Assembly: GCA_964392445.1 (NCBI GenBank)
Contig: CAYMPD010000022.1
Coordinates: forward strand, 1 to 16,525
Direction of reading: 5' to 3'
From: an uncultured archaeon
GTDB taxonomy: Archaea; Aenigmatarchaeota; Aenigmatarchaeia; CG10238-14
DNA: 16,525 nucleotides
The notes beneath the pieces were generated by a model. The model was not told the origin of the DNA, ran no database searches, and was given only the letters and a program-made list of their open reading frames with translations. Below, piece after piece: positions 13,482 through 16,525 of the stretch (positions within the stretch are counted from its first letter, which is position 1; each line of letters opens with the position of its first letter). Made by a program: the position numbers and the translations under genes.

Positions 13482-14777
13482 TCAACCTTTTGATTTTTTA
13501 CTCAACTTTTTCTCCACACTTTCTTTACCCAGTTCTTTAGTCGGCTCCTCCAAAAGTTTTAATTCGCCATTATTGTAATCATTAATTGTATCTTCGACTG
13601 TGTTCTTTTTTGTCAAATAAACGCCGATCAGATTGTCCCTTAAGGTATGCAAGGAAATAGAACCAATACTCTTGGTCACAACTGCATCCACATCTTCCTC
13701 AATTATTATTTTATCTACAGCAAACAATCCTGCTCTTACTTTTTTATCCTGATATTTATTTTTCTTGAAAGAAGTTGAAGTTATATTTTTCTCATCTACG
13801 TCAACAAACATGTAGTACTTAGCCCTTCCGAAGTGGTCTGAAAGATTGGATTTAAGTCCTTTCTTAGTATTAACTGGGATGACTATCTTTTGCTTTTTAG
13901 GCTCATAAGGTTCTACATGAATTAGAAATGAGTTGATATCAGTTATTTTACTCTTGATATTTTCTTCTATTTTGTCAGAAATCTCATGCGACCTTTTCAC
14001 TGTAAGATGCTTTTTTGTTTTAATTTTAACCTCACCTGTGATAAATGGTCCCAGATGTCTTAATTTCAAATCTTCAAAATTTTCAACACCCTGAGTTGAT
14101 TTTATTATTTCTTTAATTTTATTCTCAACATCCTCACTCGGACTAACATCCATAAGTGAAAGTACAGAACTCTTACCATTCTCAAAAGCTATTTTAAAGA
14201 TAATCAAAGAAATTAGAATTCCCACTCCACCTTCCACGTAAGAAATTCCCAAATAAGTTGAGAAGACAGCAACAAAAACTAGAAGTGATGTGAATATGTC
14301 AATCCTAGATTCCTGAGAGAGTGCTATGAGTGATCGGGAATTAATTTTCTTTCCAATCTTTCTCTCGTAATGTGATACAAAAAACGCCACTACTGATGAA
14401 ACCAAGGAAATACCCAAAGCCAAGTAAGGAACATCCAATTCTGTTAAAGTGAATAACTTGGAATAACTTTCTGTGATTAGTTTATAGCCTGCGTAAACAA
14501 GAAAAATAGAGATAAAAAGGGTAGAGATCGTCTCGGCTCTGTAATACCCATATGGAAATTTTTCGTCTGGTTTTTTCTGAGCAATTTTCAATCCAAACCA
14601 AGAAGCAAAGTTAGTTATGCTGTCCGAAAATGTATGGACGGCATCAGTCAACAAAACAATACTCCCTGACAAATAACCTATCAATCCCTTCAAGGCGGCT
14701 AGAATTATGTTTACAAAAATTACTATTCTCGATACTTTTTCTCCTTCTTTTAGTCTGTCATCCTTTATCGATTCCAT
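13482..14777 (-). CDS. Cation diffusion facilitator (CDF) metal transporter fused to a C-terminal NifB/NifX domain
   Basis: DAVHTFSD, KPDEKFPYGYYRAE, dimerisation domain ..SHEISDKIE..IHVEP, then KIVIPV..SDHFGRAKYY..VVTKSIG. Confidence 0.92.
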   Translation of the reverse strand: MESIKDDRLKEGEKVSRIVIFVNIILAALKGLIGYLSGSIVLLTDAVHTFSDSITNFASWFGLKIAQKKPDEKFPYGYYRAETISTLFISIFLVYAGYKLITESYSKLFTLTELDVPYLALGISLVSSVVAFFVSHYERKIGKKINSRSLIALSQESRIDIFTSLLVFVAVFSTYLGISYVEGGVGILISLIIFKIAFENGKSSVLSLMDVSPSEDVENKIKEIIKSTQGVENFEDLKLRHLGPFITGEVKIKTKKHLTVKRSHEISDKIEENIKSKITDINSFLIHVEPYEPKKQKIVIPVNTKKGLKSNLSDHFGRAKYYMFVDVDEKNITSTSFKKNKYQDKKVRAGLFAVDKIIIEEDVDAVVTKSIGSISLHTLRDNLIGVYLTKKNTVEDTINDYNNGELKLLEEPTKELGKESVEKKLSKKSKG

Positions 14778-15166
14778 TTTCCACCCCTACCTCTTCCCCT
14801 ACCTCTACCATATCCTGGACTTGGTTGTTCTGTTGGTTTTAATTCTCCTTTCAAATATTTCTCAACTGCATCTTTAACGTTTCCACTGACATTAGTAATT
14901 ATCTCAATTCCAGTTGAAGAGAGAACTCCATAAGCCTTTGGACCAACATTTCCTGTTATTATTACATTTACATTTTTGTTCGCTACTAATTGTGCGGCTG
15001 TTATTCCTGCTCCTCGCATCTGTGTTCCTGCCGTGTTTTTAACAATTTCATGTCCTTTGATCTTTTTGTCTTCTGTTTCGAATATTATGTAGTAAGGACA
15101 TCTACCAAATCTCATATCTATAGGAGAATCTAAATTATCTTGACTTGCAGTAACTGCTATTTTCAT
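14765..15166 (-). CDS. NifB/NifX-family protein with a Gly/Arg-rich tail
   Basis: MKIAVTA..IDMRFGRCPYYII..GAGITAAQ..ITGNVGPKAY..GIEII; the tail is GYGRGRGRGRGG. Confidence 0.92.
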   Translation of the reverse strand: MKIAVTASQDNLDSPIDMRFGRCPYYIIFETEDKKIKGHEIVKNTAGTQMRGAGITAAQLVANKNVNVIITGNVGPKAYGVLSSTGIEIITNVSGNVKDAVEKYLKGELKPTEQPSPGYGRGRGRGRGGKWNR

Positions 15167-15172
15167 TTATCT

Positions 15173-15661
15173 TCACCCCCCTCTTACCATTTGTGTTCCA
15201 CATTTCGGGCATTTAATTTTATAACAAGGCTGACCGGCTGCATGCGAGACTTTCTTCCCACAACTAGGACATACACATGAACCCCCTGGTCCTGCTGATG
15301 ATGGTCCTCCCATTCTTCCTCTACCTTTTCCTCCTCTTCCAGCACCTTGTCCTCTTCCTCTTCCAGGTCTCACCATTTTATAAGCACCTCCTTTTATTCT
15401 TAAGGCCCTACCATCAACCAAGAATTCTGCTATTTTTTTTCTCGCAGATAATAGTAATCTATGGAATGTTGGTTGGGATATGTTCATTTTTTCTGCTGCT
15501 TCTTCTTGTGATAATCCTTCTTTGTCCTTGAGTCGGATCGCTTCTAGTTCATCTAATGTTAAATTGGATTCTTCTAAATCTCTTATTTCTACTCCCGCTG
15601 GCTTAAAGTAAGTTATCTCTGGTTCAAATCTTACATTTCTTCTTCTTCTTGGTCTTGCCAT
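15173..15661 (-). CDS. DUF134 (COG1342-like) HTH DNA-binding protein fused to a Gly/Arg-rich, Cys-rich Zn-ribbon domain
   Basis: MARPRRRR..YFKP..LDELEAIRLKD.EGLSQEEAAEKMNISQPTFHRLL.SARKKIA..LVDG, then GPGGSCVCPSCG..H..GQPC..IKCPKCG..MVR; GGTGA SD. Confidence 0.9.
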   Translation of the reverse strand: MARPRRRRNVRFEPEITYFKPAGVEIRDLEESNLTLDELEAIRLKDKEGLSQEEAAEKMNISQPTFHRLLLSARKKIAEFLVDGRALRIKGGAYKMVRPGRGRGQGAGRGGKGRGRMGGPSSAGPGGSCVCPSCGKKVSHAAGQPCYKIKCPKCGTQMVRGG

Positions 15662-15675
15662 ATTTTCACCTTAAT

Positions 15676-15699
15676 TATAATGAATATATATTCATAATA
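15676..15699. promoter_or_regulatory. Palindromic operator candidate with core ATGAATATATATTCAT
   Basis: Perfect 16-bp palindrome at 15680-15695, extendable to 24 bp with one mismatched pair, between the TATA box and the DUF134 start. Confidence 0.7.
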
Positions 15700-15700
15700 G

Positions 15701-15708
15701 TATTTAAA
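15701..15708 (-). promoter_or_regulatory. TATA box (TTTAAATA) of the DUF134 operon
   Basis: About 40 nt upstream of ATG 15661, leaving room for the GGTGA SD at 15670-15666. Confidence 0.6.
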
Positions 15709-15720
15709 GGTTATGTATTA

Positions 15721-15730
15721 ACAAAAAAGT
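15721..15730 (-). terminator. Oligo-T tract after the antiporter gene
   Basis: ACTTTTTTGT on the - strand, about 12 nt after TAG 15741. Confidence 0.3.
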
Positions 15731-15740
15731 TATAATTTAC

Positions 15741-16523
15741 CTATTTTTCATCAGCCTTTTTATTTTCGGTCTTCTTTTCTTTTTTCTTCTTCCCATTATT
15801 CCCAAACTTCTTATTATGCTTCCTCATAACAAAGTACATACCAACAGTAGAAATCAAAATAGTACCAATAATAACCGAAAAAACAATATCGACAATTATA
15901 TCAGCACCTTGGATCCCTCTAGTCAAAGGAACAGTTGCCAAAACAGCGGCTGACAATCCTCTTGGGAAAAGAACTGTCATTGTGTTCTTATCAAAACTAG
16001 TAAGTGATTCGTCTTTTCTTGTTAACAATTTGACATAAAAGAATCTAACAGCGAGAAAAGCGACACAAATCAAACCCCCAATTAACATCCCCCTATAATT
16101 AGTTATCAGAACTATAGCACCAACAAACACAAAATAAAAGGTTCTTACAAAAAAAGTTATCAAAGAATGGAATCTTATTGTCTCAAAATGATTCTGAGGT
16201 GGTTTTTTCGGGTTCATAAGTTTTGAAAATAAATTATAATTCCCTAGAGCCAATCCTGCCGAAAAACAAGCTATAGCACCACTTGCTCCGAGATACTCAG
16301 CGAAAACATAAATCAAAAATAGAATAGCTAATGTAGCGACATAATTATGCTCTTCATTCCTCATCTTTCTAAGTAAAAATCCCCATCCAACACCAACCAA
16401 TGCCCCAATAGCGATCCCAGAAAAGATTGGGTTTATCATAGATCCTGCGGAAAATTCAGGTATTTCACCCGACATGATATCCAAGAGAACAAGAGCGATA
16501 ACAATTGTGAAAGTGTCTGCTAT
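15741..16523 (-). CDS. Cation:proton antiporter (CPA1/NhaP-like), 5' end outside the window
   Basis: Multi-TM protein with SGAIACFSAGLALGN, FFVRTFYFVFVG and PRGLSAAVLA. The frame stays open to the window edge (IADTFTIVIALVLLDIM), so the TTG at 16484 is not the real start. Confidence 0.88.
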   Translation of the reverse strand: MADTFTIVIALVLLDIMSGEIPEFSAGSMINPIFSGIAIGALVGVGWGFLLRKMRNEEHNYVATLAILFLIYVFAEYLGASGAIACFSAGLALGNYNLFSKLMNPKKPPQNHFETIRFHSLITFFVRTFYFVFVGAIVLITNYRGMLIGGLICVAFLAVRFFYVKLLTRKDESLTSFDKNTMTVLFPRGLSAAVLATVPLTRGIQGADIIVDIVFSVIIGTILISTVGMYFVMRKHNKKFGNNGKKKKEKKTENKKADEK

Positions 16524-16525
16524 TG

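Noticed and set aside
10779-15166. Nitrogen fixation inferred from the NifB/NifX domains
   Set aside because: No nifH/D/K/E/N or radical-SAM NifB in the window; this fold is widespread in non-diazotrophs.
7119-15531. ORFs 7119-7343, 7462-7698, 8156-8371, 9355-9540, 10074-10256, 10822-11040, 11290-11577, 11621-11809, 12302-12556, 12399-12638, 14630-14842 and 15277-15531
   Set aside because: They overlap better-supported genes. 7119-7343 and 10074-10256 conflict with motif- or SD-supported microproteins in other frames, and the rest are shadows of recognised CDSs.
10069-15709. Identical 11-mer AGTATTTAAAG at 10069-10079 and 15699-15709
   Set aside because: Both are TATA-box sequences used on opposite strands; the match is expected from promoter consensus in AT-rich DNA.
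1-16525. tRNA, rRNA, transposase, integrase or CRISPR array
   Set aside because: Nearly all sequence is protein-coding; the short AT-rich spacers show no cloverleaf, terminal inverted repeats or repeat-spacer periodicity by eye. tRNAscan-SE or Infernal would be the formal check.

Overview
AT-rich prokaryotic window that looks archaeal: TATA-box promoters, GGTGA/GGAGG Shine-Dalgarno motifs, and DUF123- and COG2512-type genes. The finer lineage (possibly DPANN) is inference only. It contains four main blocks. (1) A tightly coupled + strand operon at 994-6642: malic enzyme, LutB-like LUD/4Fe-4S protein, Nudix, HAD, thioredoxin-CcdA fusion and a CCG-domain protein, divergent from a membrane-anchored winged-helix protein. 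(2) A long - strand metal/Fe-S cluster of unknown function at 15661-10332: DUF134-Zn-ribbon, NifB/NifX, CDF-NifX fusion, MBL hydrolase, thioredoxin, MinD-ferredoxin ATPase, GIY-YIG, NifB/NifX and TrmO-like, with a perfect 16-bp palindrome in its promoter. (3) An opposite-strand cassette of three small genes at 9602-10276 that interrupts this cluster. (4) The - strand continuation: a second MinD-ferredoxin ATPase, an APC permease split by a +1 frameshift in an A8 run, a 37-aa CPKC microprotein and a lipoprotein. Four small ORFs missing from the supplied track were found by hand translation (6708-6854, 7261-7374, 9602-9757, 10112-10276). I saw no rRNA, tRNA, CRISPR array, transposase or integrase. 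All family assignments come from motif recognition, not database searches.
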